Shown here: positions 9,526-19,471 of the stretch, in pieces
Layout of the letters: each line of letters starts with the position of its first letter
Position numbering within the stretch: the first letter of the stretch is position 1
Source: Bdellovibrio sp.
Lineage (GTDB): Bacteria > Bdellovibrionota > Bdellovibrionia > Bdellovibrionales > Bdellovibrionaceae
Assembly: GCA_036677065.1 (NCBI GenBank)
Contig: JAKFBS010000002.1
Coordinates: 800,001 to 864,000, forward strand
DNA length: 64,000 bases
Direction: 5' to 3'
The notes under the pieces: model-generated
Told to the model about the DNA's origin: nothing
The model's database searches: none
What the model saw: the letters and a program-made list of their open reading frames with translations, nothing else
Position numbers and translations under genes: made by a program

Positions 9526-10206
9526 ATGGAATTTTTAGTACACGGCGATATCGATAAAAACACAAAACATGTCGTCATCCTTTTACATGGATTTCCGGGG
9601 ATATCGACGAAACAAAATCGCGATCTAGCGCCTATTTGTTTTGAAAAACTTGATATTCCTACGGCCATTATTTTTTACCCAGGTCTTTCTATGAATCCTG
9701 GCAAATTTAAATACACCAAGACTTATGAGTTAATATGTCAGTTTATTCGCAGCTGTCTAGAAGTGAATAGCGATATTAAATTTTCTTTATTCGGCCATAG
9801 TTTTGGTGGCTATTTAAGTTTACGATTAGCCAAAGATTTTAATAAACATATTGAAAAAATTTTTCTATTATCCCCTTTATTACACGTAATAAGCGATCAG
9901 CTTTTAGAAGAACTTGTAACTAAATTATATACTGAGAATAGTCACCTTGAACGACATACGCTTGAAGAGTTTTATGAGGATCATAGAAAATTTATTCTAG
10001 GCTATGAACCAGATCATTTAAAGAAATATCTTTCGAATTTAAAAGTTAAACTTCTTCAATCTAAAGATGACAATATCACACCCACGCCAGTTGCAAAAAA
10101 TTACATCAAAGACACAACTATTCAGTACGAAGAATCATGGCAAGAACACGCATTTCTTAGCGATCGCCAAGAGGTTTTTGATAAAGTAGTTGCGTTTTTA
10201 AAGTGA
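9526..10206 (+). CDS. Alpha/beta hydrolase
   Basis: LHGFPG oxyanion loop, GHSFGG nucleophile elbow, DDNITP (Asp), EHAF (His). ATG 9526 is more plausible than 9439. Confidence 0.8.
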   Translation: MEFLVHGDIDKNTKHVVILLHGFPGISTKQNRDLAPICFEKLDIPTAIIFYPGLSMNPGKFKYTKTYELICQFIRSCLEVNSDIKFSLFGHSFGGYLSLRLAKDFNKHIEKIFLLSPLLHVISDQLLEELVTKLYTENSHLERHTLEEFYEDHRKFILGYEPDHLKKYLSNLKVKLLQSKDDNITPTPVAKNYIKDTTIQYEESWQEHAFLSDRQEVFDKVVAFLK

Positions 10207-10809
10207 TTCTTGAATAAAAGTTAGATTCTTATCATCTAGAAGACCAACTGGCGTAATAATCGGCTCTTCAAGATCAAGCTCTTTACCGATAGCTGTTAGA
10301 CGATCTTCGATAAGTTTAGAAACATACGGGCCATCAAGCTTTAATTCTTTCATTTTTTGTAATCGTCCGACCGGAGTTCCCGTGACGTCGCGAAATACTT
10401 TGTAAACCAATTCACTGCAATAAATTCGGTCGTCAGAAAACTCGAAGAAAATATCATAAGGCTGGTTATACTTATACAAAGCCACATAAAGTCTTGGTAA
10501 CATTTTTTGCGAAAATTTTTGATTGCGCATCACTTTATAAGACTTACTTTTACTGCGACCGATAAAAGACTTTAATGAATTCACCTGTAACGGGCCAACA
10601 GATTCAGCCACGTGCCAATCGCCAGATTTTTTGATGATGATGCCCACGTGAGTCCAGATAGACTGAGTGCCTTCAGCAATTGCCGGTGCTTGTTCAGACT
10701 GGCTTTGAATTAAGATAATATCACCTTCAGCGATAACTTTTTCTAAAGGGATCATGGTCGCAAATGCAAAGTTTGAAATAAAGATAATAGACAAAACTAA
10801 TGTTTTCAT
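10198..10809 (-). CDS. Secreted YiiX/YebB-like permuted papain-like (NlpC/P60) cysteine hydrolase
   Basis: Signal peptide; EGDIIL, WTHVGI, PYDIFF, IYCSELV. Confidence 0.85.
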   Translation of the reverse strand: MKTLVLSIIFISNFAFATMIPLEKVIAEGDIILIQSQSEQAPAIAEGTQSIWTHVGIIIKKSGDWHVAESVGPLQVNSLKSFIGRSKSKSYKVMRNQKFSQKMLPRLYVALYKYNQPYDIFFEFSDDRIYCSELVYKVFRDVTGTPVGRLQKMKELKLDGPYVSKLIEDRLTAIGKELDLEEPIITPVGLLDDKNLTFIQESL

Positions 10810-10861
10810 ACGTGAACAGTATAGGCGTCATTTTTTGAACGAGGCAAACATTTAAGTCGTT

Positions 10862-11749
10862 CTACTGCGTCGTTCTTTGATAGAAAAACCACGCCACTGC
10901 TGTAAAAATCGACGTATTGGTATCACTTTTGTATAGCGGTGAAGCTGTATTTTCAGATTGGCCAAAATAGCTATGACTTGCCCCGAAAATAAAATTAAAA
11001 CGATTGTACTCATACAGGAAGCTCTGTCCGATCGACATTGAAGCTAATCCCGCTTCGGCATTGTAAGCGGCCCTGTCCGCGGTGGTGTAGACATTTTCCA
11101 CCTGATAGTAGTAATTTGCCACACGTTCGCTGAAAAACTCCACGGCTAAAGATGTCGAAGCCGTTAAATTTGGCACTAAGAAATTTAATTTTTGAAATCT
11201 TAATTCAGGTTCAAAAACAAAACCCAAAAAATCAGTTCTCCGAAAATCGGTCTCAAAAGTTAAGCGCAATGGAATTTGCAGTGTAAGTGAGGCGACTTTT
11301 GGTAGCCGCCATAACTTGTAATTCAAGCTTGGACCGGTTTCTAGCATGTAGTTTAAATTCGGCATTCCTACCCGAGCTTTGTTGTTTTCGCTGTCACTGT
11401 TAAATCTAGCACCGAAACTTAGGTTGATTTCGACTTCTTGCGATTTAAATAATTCGGCACGCGTACCTTCTTCTTGATCTGATTTTAGAATATCACCACG
11501 ATAAACTATTAAAGGAAGCAGCAGGGTTTTTCGCGAATACTCATCAGCGGCCGGATAATCAGCAACCGAGCCAAATCCATAACCAACTCCAATTTCTAAC
11601 TCAGAAACTGTAGGTTTTTTTTCTTTTTGTAATTGAATATTTTTTTCGATTTCGATGATGTTAATTAGATCTTGATCAATGCTTTGAGCCCGCAATAGCG
11701 GGCTCAAAAAGATAACATAGGCTAAAGCGATTAAATAGCGACTATTCAT
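10862..11749 (-). CDS. MipA/OmpV family outer-membrane protein
   Basis: Signal peptide from ATG 11749; DYPAAD..LPLIVYRG, RVGMPNLNYMLETGP, NYYYQV, SPL; aromatic C-terminal strand. Confidence 0.75.
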   Translation of the reverse strand: MNSRYLIALAYVIFLSPLLRAQSIDQDLINIIEIEKNIQLQKEKKPTVSELEIGVGYGFGSVADYPAADEYSRKTLLLPLIVYRGDILKSDQEEGTRAELFKSQEVEINLSFGARFNSDSENNKARVGMPNLNYMLETGPSLNYKLWRLPKVASLTLQIPLRLTFETDFRRTDFLGFVFEPELRFQKLNFLVPNLTASTSLAVEFFSERVANYYYQVENVYTTADRAAYNAEAGLASMSIGQSFLYEYNRFNFIFGASHSYFGQSENTASPLYKSDTNTSIFTAVAWFFYQRTTQ

Positions 11750-13148
11750 CGTCCATTTCATCATCACCCATGACACCTAAACTGTATTTTTCAACACGGT
11801 AACGCATAGATCTGAATGAAATTTTTAATAATTTAGCCGCTTTTTTCTTCACGCCGTTTGACGCATGAATGGCTTTAATTAATAATTCTTTTTCAATTTG
11901 CCCAACAACTTTATCAAGATCTAAGCCATCATCACCAATTTCGATTTCATTCGATGATGCCATCTTACGACCTGAAGTCGTGTTCACCATTGGTGGTAAA
12001 GATTCAGGTAAAATAGTCGACCCTGCCTCTAAAGCCACCGTGCGTTCGATCATATTTTCTAATTCACGCACGTTACCCGGATAGTTGTACTTTTTAAGAA
12101 CATCCATCGCTTCAACCGAGATCGTTTGAATTTGTTTGTTCAGCTTATCATTATATTTCTTTAAAAAGTGATTCGCTAAAAGTGGAATATCGTCTGCACG
12201 ATCACGTAACGGCGGAGATTTAATACCGATAACATTTAAACGATAATATAAATCTTGGCGGAAGGTGCCTTTGGCAACCATGTCTTCAAGATTTCTATTT
12301 GTCGCAGCGATAATGCGCACTTCAACTTTATTATCATCAGTAGCACCCACACGACGGATAATTCTTTCCTGAATCGCACGAAGTAATTTAACCTGGATTG
12401 AAGCTGGCAATTCACCGACCTCATCTAAGAATAAAGTTCCGCCGTCAGCCACTTCAAATAAACCCGCTTTATCAGCAATGGCTCCTGTGAAAGACCCTTT
12501 TTTATGACCAAACATTTCTGATTCCATTAAGTTTTCAGGAATCGCTCCGCAGTTAACTGTAACAAATGGCTTATCTTTAAGCGGACCATTGTAATGGATG
12601 GCTTTAGCGATAACCTCTTTACCCGTACCAGATTCACCCGTAATTAATACATTCGTAGGCGCTTGTGACACGCGCTGGATTAAATTAAATACAGCGTGCA
12701 TCGCATCCGAATTACCGATCATATTTTGAAATGAGTACTCTTTGACTAATTCTTTTTTAAGAACGCGCACTTCAGTTTCTAAGTTTTTAGATCTTAACGC
12801 GTTTGCGATATTTAAGCGCACTTCGTCGATTTTAAAAGGCTTAGTTAAATAATCATACGCGCCAAGTTTCATCGCTTCGACAGCAGTTTCAGTTGTGCCG
12901 AAGGCTGTGATAATCATAAATACTAAATCAGGATAGTTTTCACGAACATGGCGAAGTAATTCGATCCCTGTCACGTTAGGCATTTGCATGTCAGAAATGA
13001 CCATATCAAATGATTTTTTTGTTAAAATTTCTTTAGCCTTAGCCCCATCTTCTGCAGTGGTAACTTCATAGCCCTCTTTTTTTAGCATGATCTCGAGAAA
13101 CTCTCGGATTGATTCTTCGTCGTCTACTACTAAAATGCGTGATTTCAT
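11742..13148 (-). CDS. pilR: sigma54-dependent response regulator PilR
   Basis: REC domain, AAA+ (GESGTGKE, GSFTGA, FLDEVGE) and HTH ending ISFRSMRYR; downstream of pilB-pilT-pilC-pilS. Confidence 0.85.
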   Translation of the reverse strand: MKSRILVVDDEESIREFLEIMLKKEGYEVTTAEDGAKAKEILTKKSFDMVISDMQMPNVTGIELLRHVRENYPDLVFMIITAFGTTETAVEAMKLGAYDYLTKPFKIDEVRLNIANALRSKNLETEVRVLKKELVKEYSFQNMIGNSDAMHAVFNLIQRVSQAPTNVLITGESGTGKEVIAKAIHYNGPLKDKPFVTVNCGAIPENLMESEMFGHKKGSFTGAIADKAGLFEVADGGTLFLDEVGELPASIQVKLLRAIQERIIRRVGATDDNKVEVRIIAATNRNLEDMVAKGTFRQDLYYRLNVIGIKSPPLRDRADDIPLLANHFLKKYNDKLNKQIQTISVEAMDVLKKYNYPGNVRELENMIERTVALEAGSTILPESLPPMVNTTSGRKMASSNEIEIGDDGLDLDKVVGQIEKELLIKAIHASNGVKKKAAKLLKISFRSMRYRVEKYSLGVMGDDEMDDE

Positions 13149-13167
13149 CTGTGTCTCCTAGTTGTCT

Positions 13168-14700
13168 TTATGCTCTTTTAAACTTTAAAATAAATTCTGT
13201 ACCGGTACCCATTTCACTATGAATCTGAATTTGCGTTTGATGACTTTCAAGCACCTTGTGAGTGATTGCCAGCCCAAGCCCCGTGCCTTTGGGCTTTGTT
13301 GTGTAAAACGGTTCGAAAATTCGTTTTTTAACTTCTTCGGGCATTCCGCTTCCGTTATCTTTAATTGATAAAACCACTTCATCGCCAAAAGTTTCTAATC
13401 TGATTTCAAGAATGGGTTTTTCATTATTCATCATCGCTTGCACAGCGTTCATCGAAATATTTAAAAAGGCCTGCTTAAGTTTATCTGAAAAACCAAAAAT
13501 TACACCAGAATTTACTTTTGCGATCAATTCCAGTTGTTTTGGCGTGTGAGGGCTAGCTTTGATATTGTTAATCACATCATTCATCACATAAGCCAGGTCA
13601 ACTTTTTGATCAGGACGTGTTTCAGGTTTTGAATAATCTAAAAATTCAGTAATTAAATTATTTAAACGATCGATTTCTCTTAAAATGATCTTCATTAGCT
13701 TTTGATCATCAGGATTCTGTGTTTCATGTGATAGTAATTCAATACTGCCGCTAATCCCTGCTAAAGGATTTCTGATCTCGTGGGCGATACCTGCTGCCAA
13801 TTGACCAATAGCCGCTAATTTTTCACGCTGGCGCATTTGGTCTTGCAGATGTTTAACTTCAGTCACATCTTTTAACATCATTAAATTAACTGTTTCATTA
13901 AGGTAAACGTCTTGGTAGCTGGCTTGATTAACTTCATAAATCTTTTTTTCTTGCAGCTGGGCATTAAAATAAGAAAATTCGCTCTGCACACGATCTTGGG
14001 TTTGGGTAAAAATAGTACGCAAATCGTGAATAGATAAATGCAAACGTTCAGTCAGATTTTTATTCGCGAATAACAAATCATTGCTATTATTAAATGCCGT
14101 TAAGCCTGTTGGCATTTGCTGAATTAAAATCTCAGAGAATTCTTCGCGCGACCGAAGTTTGCGACTTACCGAGCTTAATTCTGTATGTAAATCTTTAAGC
14201 TGAACGCGAAATTGCTGTGAAATAATTGAAACTGTAATAAATGAAAAATTAAATAAAACTAACGTAAATAAATTTTGAATGCCTTCCCAGCGAACCGACA
14301 ACAAATTAACTAATGATAGACTTAGCGAGCTGAATACTGTAAGCAATACAGACGCATTCTTGGGTAACTCAGAACCTGCAATAAACAATAAAATTAGCAA
14401 GACAATCAGATTAAAGCTAGATAACACCGAATGCTGTGCCATTAAGTAGAACAAAATTGAAAAATCAAAAATATACGATAGCACATGATTTTTGCTGTTG
14501 GCGTAGTACAACAGTAAATGGTGCCCGAAGAACAATAGGACCGCCGCATAAAAATGAATTAAAAAACCCACCTGTAAGAACGGCGCTTGCGACAAAATCG
14601 CCAATTGAAAAAGAATACAGTACAAAAATAATACTACAGCTCGCCAATCGCGAGCCGTTAATGAATTTAAGTACTGTTCGATTTGAATTCTATTGAGCAA
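13168..14700 (-). CDS. pilS: Sensor histidine kinase PilS
   Basis: Multi-TM N-terminus; AHEIRNPL H-box; DNGSG, FEPFYTTK, GTGLGL. Likely TTG start at 14700 with GGAG upstream. Confidence 0.8.
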   Translation of the reverse strand: MLNRIQIEQYLNSLTARDWRAVVLFLYCILFQLAILSQAPFLQVGFLIHFYAAVLLFFGHHLLLYYANSKNHVLSYIFDFSILFYLMAQHSVLSSFNLIVLLILLFIAGSELPKNASVLLTVFSSLSLSLVNLLSVRWEGIQNLFTLVLFNFSFITVSIISQQFRVQLKDLHTELSSVSRKLRSREEFSEILIQQMPTGLTAFNNSNDLLFANKNLTERLHLSIHDLRTIFTQTQDRVQSEFSYFNAQLQEKKIYEVNQASYQDVYLNETVNLMMLKDVTEVKHLQDQMRQREKLAAIGQLAAGIAHEIRNPLAGISGSIELLSHETQNPDDQKLMKIILREIDRLNNLITEFLDYSKPETRPDQKVDLAYVMNDVINNIKASPHTPKQLELIAKVNSGVIFGFSDKLKQAFLNISMNAVQAMMNNEKPILEIRLETFGDEVVLSIKDNGSGMPEEVKKRIFEPFYTTKPKGTGLGLAITHKVLESHQTQIQIHSEMGTGTEFILKFKRA

Positions 14701-15925
14701 CAGTATCTCCCATTTGGAAAATCGGTAAATACATCGCAACTAGAATAAAACCAATGGCTCCACCCAGAACGATCATTAAAATTGGCTCAATCAACGAGGT
14801 CATACCGCGAATGGCATTTTCAACTTCATCTTCGTAGAAATCAGCAATTTTACCTAACATGGCATCCAAGGCACCTGTCTGCTCACCGATGGCCACCATT
14901 TGCGAAACCATTTGTGGGATTTCTTTTTGTCTAGAAAGCGGCAAATGAAATGGGCGACCTACTGAAATCGACTCTTTACAACTCTTAAGTGCATTTTCGA
15001 TAACACAATTACCAGCTGTATTGGCAGCGATATCAATTGATTCAAGCATACTGATACCTGATGACAATAGCGTCGACATGGTACGCGATAAACGCGCCAC
15101 GCTGGATTTTTGCACGACATCACCAAAAATCGGCGCGTTGATTAAAAATTTATCCAGAACTTGTCGGCCTTCTTTGCTGGCAAAAAATGAAATGATAAAA
15201 TAAGTAGCCACGAATAAAACTGCAATAATAGCTAACCAGTTATTTCTTAAAGCATCTGAAAAGTTAATTAAAAGTTGTGTTAACCCCGGAAGGTCTTTAC
15301 CACTTGATTTATAAAGCTCTTGGAACTTTGGAATAATAAATACAATAATACCTGTAATAACCGCAATCGCAGCAAACACGATCACCATCGGCATCATCAT
15401 GGCACTTTTGATTTGATTTTTAATCTTTTCATTTTTTTCAGAATAGATTGATAACCGATTTAAAATTACATCGATGATACCGGCTTCTTCACCCGCACGA
15501 ATCATATTACAATAAAGATCATCAAATACACGCGGATAAGCCTTCATTGAATCAGATAATCTTTTACCTGTTTCAATCGACGCTTTAATTTGAATAATCG
15601 CTTCTTTGATCAATTTATCAGAAGTTGATTCAGAAAGAATTTTTAAAGCGTCGACAATCGGAATACCCGAGTTAATTAGAGTCGCAAATTGGCGGGTAAA
15701 GATTTGTAAATCTTTAGTTTTAACTTTTGGCGCAAAAAAGGCCCCAAGTGCCCCAATATCATGAGCCCCTTTTTTAGTAGCCGTACTAGCCACTACTTTT
15801 AAAGTCATCGGCATTAATTGTTTTGCACGCAAACGAACTTTTGCTTCAGGTTCGTCTTTGGCGTCAATATAACCGGTCTGAATTTTTCCGCTCAGTGAGC
15901 GGGCCTGGAATTGATACTTTGCCAT
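14690..15925 (-). CDS. pilC: Type IV pilus platform protein PilC
   Basis: FTRQFATLINSGIP, AGEEAG, MVAIGEQTGALDAML, LIEP, AMYLPIF. Confidence 0.92.
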   Translation of the reverse strand: MAKYQFQARSLSGKIQTGYIDAKDEPEAKVRLRAKQLMPMTLKVVASTATKKGAHDIGALGAFFAPKVKTKDLQIFTRQFATLINSGIPIVDALKILSESTSDKLIKEAIIQIKASIETGKRLSDSMKAYPRVFDDLYCNMIRAGEEAGIIDVILNRLSIYSEKNEKIKNQIKSAMMMPMVIVFAAIAVITGIIVFIIPKFQELYKSSGKDLPGLTQLLINFSDALRNNWLAIIAVLFVATYFIISFFASKEGRQVLDKFLINAPIFGDVVQKSSVARLSRTMSTLLSSGISMLESIDIAANTAGNCVIENALKSCKESISVGRPFHLPLSRQKEIPQMVSQMVAIGEQTGALDAMLGKIADFYEDEVENAIRGMTSLIEPILMIVLGGAIGFILVAMYLPIFQMGDTVAQ

Positions 15926-15928
15926 ATT

Positions 15929-16948
15929 TTACAACCCCATTCGCTTTAATTGTTTATCTAAATCGTCTGGCGCTTCAGTAGTTGCGAACGCTGATTTAAC
16001 ATCAATGCGCCTGCGCACTAAAGCCTGGATAATAGATTGATTTAAACTCTGAAAATATTTTTTAAAGGCTTCGTCTTCATGCTGTTTTTTAAATTCAGAA
16101 AATGACATTTTAAAAAGATCTTCTTTAAATTCTTGCTGAGCCACAAAAAATTCATGAACTGCACCCTCTTTGATGCCGATCACTTTTTGATAACAAATAC
16201 TATTTAACACCTGATAAAAACGACGGGCTAAATTGCTCTGAAAACCGATTTGCGAAATAATTTGTTCTAGGCAGTTTTCTACTGACAGCCCAGAAATCGT
16301 TAGATAAACCGAACGACCCTCTTCGCAAAGTTTAATCCATTTTTCCCAGTTTTTAATGCTGTTAAAATCAACGACAAATTGATCGATACCATCATAAATC
16401 GGATGGTGCGCTTCCCACGCTAAAGTTTCTTCAGATAGGTGAATTAATGAATCAATATTTAACATCGACAAAGTTGAAAAATTTCCGTGAACGGCAATTA
16501 ACTTAGGCGAATCTTTTTTAATTTCAGAAACAATATCTTTTAATAGTGACGACTTACCCTGGCCACGTTGCCCAGTTACAATAAATAAACCACTGCTTTT
16601 TTTCAAAGTGTCCCAAAAAACCGGAGACTGGATATACTGGCTTAATTCAAAATTAGGAATCACACTAAAATAAGCTTTTAGACAATCTTTGTGTTCGGTG
16701 AATGAAAATAACCACTGCTGATCAGAGGCTTTATAAACCCCACGTACAAATCCTTTAGTTTCAAGCGCCAGCTTATCGTTATTTTGCAGACATAAATCTT
16801 TAAGGTCTTCCCATTCAGAATAGCCTAAACTTTCTTTATCAATTTCTAACCATTCGTTTCTGACTTTAGCGATAGTTTTATGCCCAAGACGAAACTGCAC
16901 CTCTAAAGCTGAAGAATCTTTTACTTTCGTCAAAATCTTTTCAATCAT
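15929..16948 (-). CDS. pilT: Divergent PilT-like ATPase
   Basis: Occupies the slot between pilB and pilC; Walker A VTGQRGQGKS; C-terminal QSLNQSIIQALVRRRID; other motifs eroded. Confidence 0.6.
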   Translation of the reverse strand: MIEKILTKVKDSSALEVQFRLGHKTIAKVRNEWLEIDKESLGYSEWEDLKDLCLQNNDKLALETKGFVRGVYKASDQQWLFSFTEHKDCLKAYFSVIPNFELSQYIQSPVFWDTLKKSSGLFIVTGQRGQGKSSLLKDIVSEIKKDSPKLIAVHGNFSTLSMLNIDSLIHLSEETLAWEAHHPIYDGIDQFVVDFNSIKNWEKWIKLCEEGRSVYLTISGLSVENCLEQIISQIGFQSNLARRFYQVLNSICYQKVIGIKEGAVHEFFVAQQEFKEDLFKMSFSEFKKQHEDEAFKKYFQSLNQSIIQALVRRRIDVKSAFATTEAPDDLDKQLKRMGL

Positions 16949-16961
16949 AGTTGCATATCCC

Positions 16962-18683
16962 CTAGTCGTCTCTCACAGATGTATTTAAAACTTCGTCTAT
17001 TGTAGTTTGGCCACGGGCTAATTTTAAAAGACCGCTTCGGCGTAATGTGCGAAAGCCCAGTTCTCTTGTTAATCTACGCAGTTCTGCAGCCGATGCATTT
17101 CGTAAAATTGCTTCTTTAATTTTTTCAGTTGTTAATGGCATTAATTCGTAAATTGCAAGTCGACCGCGAATGCCGGTGTTGTTGCAAGATGAGCAACCTC
17201 TGCCGCGCATTAAATTAAAGCGTGGAATATCCGCTTTACTGACGCCAAGATTTAACAATGTAGCTTCTGGCACCTGCACAGGCTCTTTGCATTGTTCACA
17301 AATCTTTCCTACAAGCCGCTGAGCTACTATAAGATTTACTGTCGAAGAAATTAAATATGCCGCTACACCCATTTCAGTCAAACGCACAACCGTCGAAGGA
17401 GCGTCATTGGTGTGAAGCGTACTTAAGACCAAGTGACCTGTCGAGGCCGCTTTAAAAGCGATTTCTGCAGTCTCTAAGTCACGAATCTCACCCACCATGA
17501 TGATGTCTGGATCTTGACGTAAAAATGCACGCAGTGCTGAACCGAAATTCAAATCAATATCTGGATTCATTTGCACTTGGTTAATACCCTCGAGATTGAA
17601 CTCGATAGGATCTTCAGCTGTACTGATATTCACGTCAGCTTTATTTAATTCAGCTAAAGCAGAATAAATTGTGGTGGTTTTACCGGAACCGGTCGGCCCA
17701 GTGATTAGCACCATACCCTGAGGAAGGTTGACACAACTTTTGAACAATTTTAAATCATCTTCTTCAAAACCAAGCTTGGTCATGTCGAGTTGAAGATTCG
17801 ATTTATCAAGTAAACGCATAACTACTTTTTCGCCCCACATGGTCGGAACCGTGTTCACGCGAAAATCCATCTCTTTATTTTCTTTGGCGATGCTGATTTT
17901 TAAACGACCATCCTGGGGACGGCGTTTTTCGGCAATATCCATCTTCGACATAATTTTAATACGCGCCGCAATCGCAGGGCCGGAAGAGGCGCTTGGAGCA
18001 GCCACTTCTATGAGCGAACCATCGATACGAAAACGTACTCTAAAATTTTTCTCATACGGCTCTAAGTGAATGTCTGAGGCGCGTCTGCGCATGGCTTCAA
18101 TCAAAATACCATTCACGAATTTAACAATCGGAGCTGAACCGATTTTATTATCGGCTTCTTCATTAACTTCGGTAGACGCTGACGTACCACCCGTGTCAAT
18201 GTCGCCGACATCGGCCCCGCCAAAATTTTCCTCGTCATTAAATTGTTTTTCATTCTGCTTAAACGTCCCGTAAAATTTTTCAATCGCTTGGACAATTGAT
18301 AAATCGGTCGCAAGAACCGGTTGCACTTTGCACTTGGTCAAGAAACGAATTTGATCTCGGATTTCAATATTTGCAGGATCAGCAAAGGCCACAACTAACG
18401 TGGTTCCCGCTTTGGATATAGGAATCACATTGTTTTTGTCGCAAAATTCTCGGGGCACTAAGGATAGAGCTGAAGATTCAATTTCAATTTGACTCAGGTC
18501 AACGCCGGGAATTCCGTACTGCTTTTCTAGGGCTCGCAGTATCTGAGAATCTTTTAAAATTCCAGTGTTTACGATAATCGAACCAAGTCGTGCTTTTGTC
18601 TTTGCCGCTTCAGCCAACGCAACCTGCAACTGATCCGGACGGATCAGGCCTTGACGTGTTAGAATTTCCCCAAGCTTCGACAT
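16962..18683 (-). CDS. pilB: Type IV pilus assembly ATPase PilB
   Basis: ASDIHLEP, RPQDGR, GPTGSGKTT, TAEDPIE, LRQDPDIIMVGEIRD, TLHTND, two CxxC motifs. Confidence 0.95.
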   Translation of the reverse strand: MSKLGEILTRQGLIRPDQLQVALAEAAKTKARLGSIIVNTGILKDSQILRALEKQYGIPGVDLSQIEIESSALSLVPREFCDKNNVIPISKAGTTLVVAFADPANIEIRDQIRFLTKCKVQPVLATDLSIVQAIEKFYGTFKQNEKQFNDEENFGGADVGDIDTGGTSASTEVNEEADNKIGSAPIVKFVNGILIEAMRRRASDIHLEPYEKNFRVRFRIDGSLIEVAAPSASSGPAIAARIKIMSKMDIAEKRRPQDGRLKISIAKENKEMDFRVNTVPTMWGEKVVMRLLDKSNLQLDMTKLGFEEDDLKLFKSCVNLPQGMVLITGPTGSGKTTTIYSALAELNKADVNISTAEDPIEFNLEGINQVQMNPDIDLNFGSALRAFLRQDPDIIMVGEIRDLETAEIAFKAASTGHLVLSTLHTNDAPSTVVRLTEMGVAAYLISSTVNLIVAQRLVGKICEQCKEPVQVPEATLLNLGVSKADIPRFNLMRGRGCSSCNNTGIRGRLAIYELMPLTTEKIKEAILRNASAAELRRLTRELGFRTLRRSGLLKLARGQTTIDEVLNTSVRDD

Positions 18684-18733
18684 AGTATAAGTCTACTGAA
18701 GGTGACGTTTTTTGTAACTAGACCTAGGAACGG

Positions 18734-19471
18734 TTATTTACGGTTTTTTTGAAATAATCTGTATTTATGTAAATGAAATTCAGCAGAATCCAAAACGCGC
18801 AAAGAAGCCTTTTCTGCCTCTGAAGAAAGCGCGTCGTTTGAATAATTTTGCAGGTCAAAAAAGATCGCGCGTTCGGCGACAAAATTAAAGTATGTCAGCG
18901 TCTCTACAAGGTCAGGATGTTCATTAAGATCAAAATCAATCGCCAGTAAACTTGCAAGGTCTGCAATATTAGCCATTTCATCAAGACTTAGTTGGGTTAA
19001 CTGCACATTAAACAAAAACTTCTGTACAGCTGCGATTTGATTTTGATAAGAAACATTACTTGGCGACACTAAATAAATTTTCTTAAATCCTAATTTTGCC
19101 AAAGCAATCGCATAGGTAATCAAAAAAGAATAGTTTCCGATAAGCACGGCGTATTTTGCCACATCGACAGCAATATGCTGCGACTGTAAAAAGCTAACAA
19201 AAGCTGCTGAACTTAAATGTATCGGTTTAAATTTATTATTTTCATTCGCAAAAGCATCAACCGCACCGGTTGATTGAATCGGCCAATCTAAGAGCGGCAT
19301 TCGCGCTAAAATTTCTTGATTCTGCTGCTCAGAAAGTTCGATCAAATCAAAATCTGAATGCAGCAACTCGTCTTCATTCATTGGCTCAAAATGAATTTCA
19401 ATATCAGGAGCATTGATTAGTTTTTCACTGAGCTCGGCAGCACCTAGTTCGATTGATCGATATATTTTCAT
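18734..19471 (-). CDS. Hypothetical protein, possibly a degenerate shikimate dehydrogenase-like Rossmann protein
   Basis: STGAVDAF, AVLIG, ALAKLGFKKIYLV, IFFDLQ resemble AroE segments, but catalytic and NADP-binding motifs are missing. Confidence 0.45.
   Translation of the reverse strand: MKIYRSIELGAAELSEKLINAPDIEIHFEPMNEDELLHSDFDLIELSEQQNQEILARMPLLDWPIQSTGAVDAFANENNKFKPIHLSSAAFVSFLQSQHIAVDVAKYAVLIGNYSFLITYAIALAKLGFKKIYLVSPSNVSYQNQIAAVQKFLFNVQLTQLSLDEMANIADLASLLAIDFDLNEHPDLVETLTYFNFVAERAIFFDLQNYSNDALSSEAEKASLRVLDSAEFHLHKYRLFQKNRK

Noticed and set aside
10862..11749. Expected pilA downstream of pilR
   Set aside because: The gene there is MipA-like; I found no prepilin G-FTLIE motif in the window.
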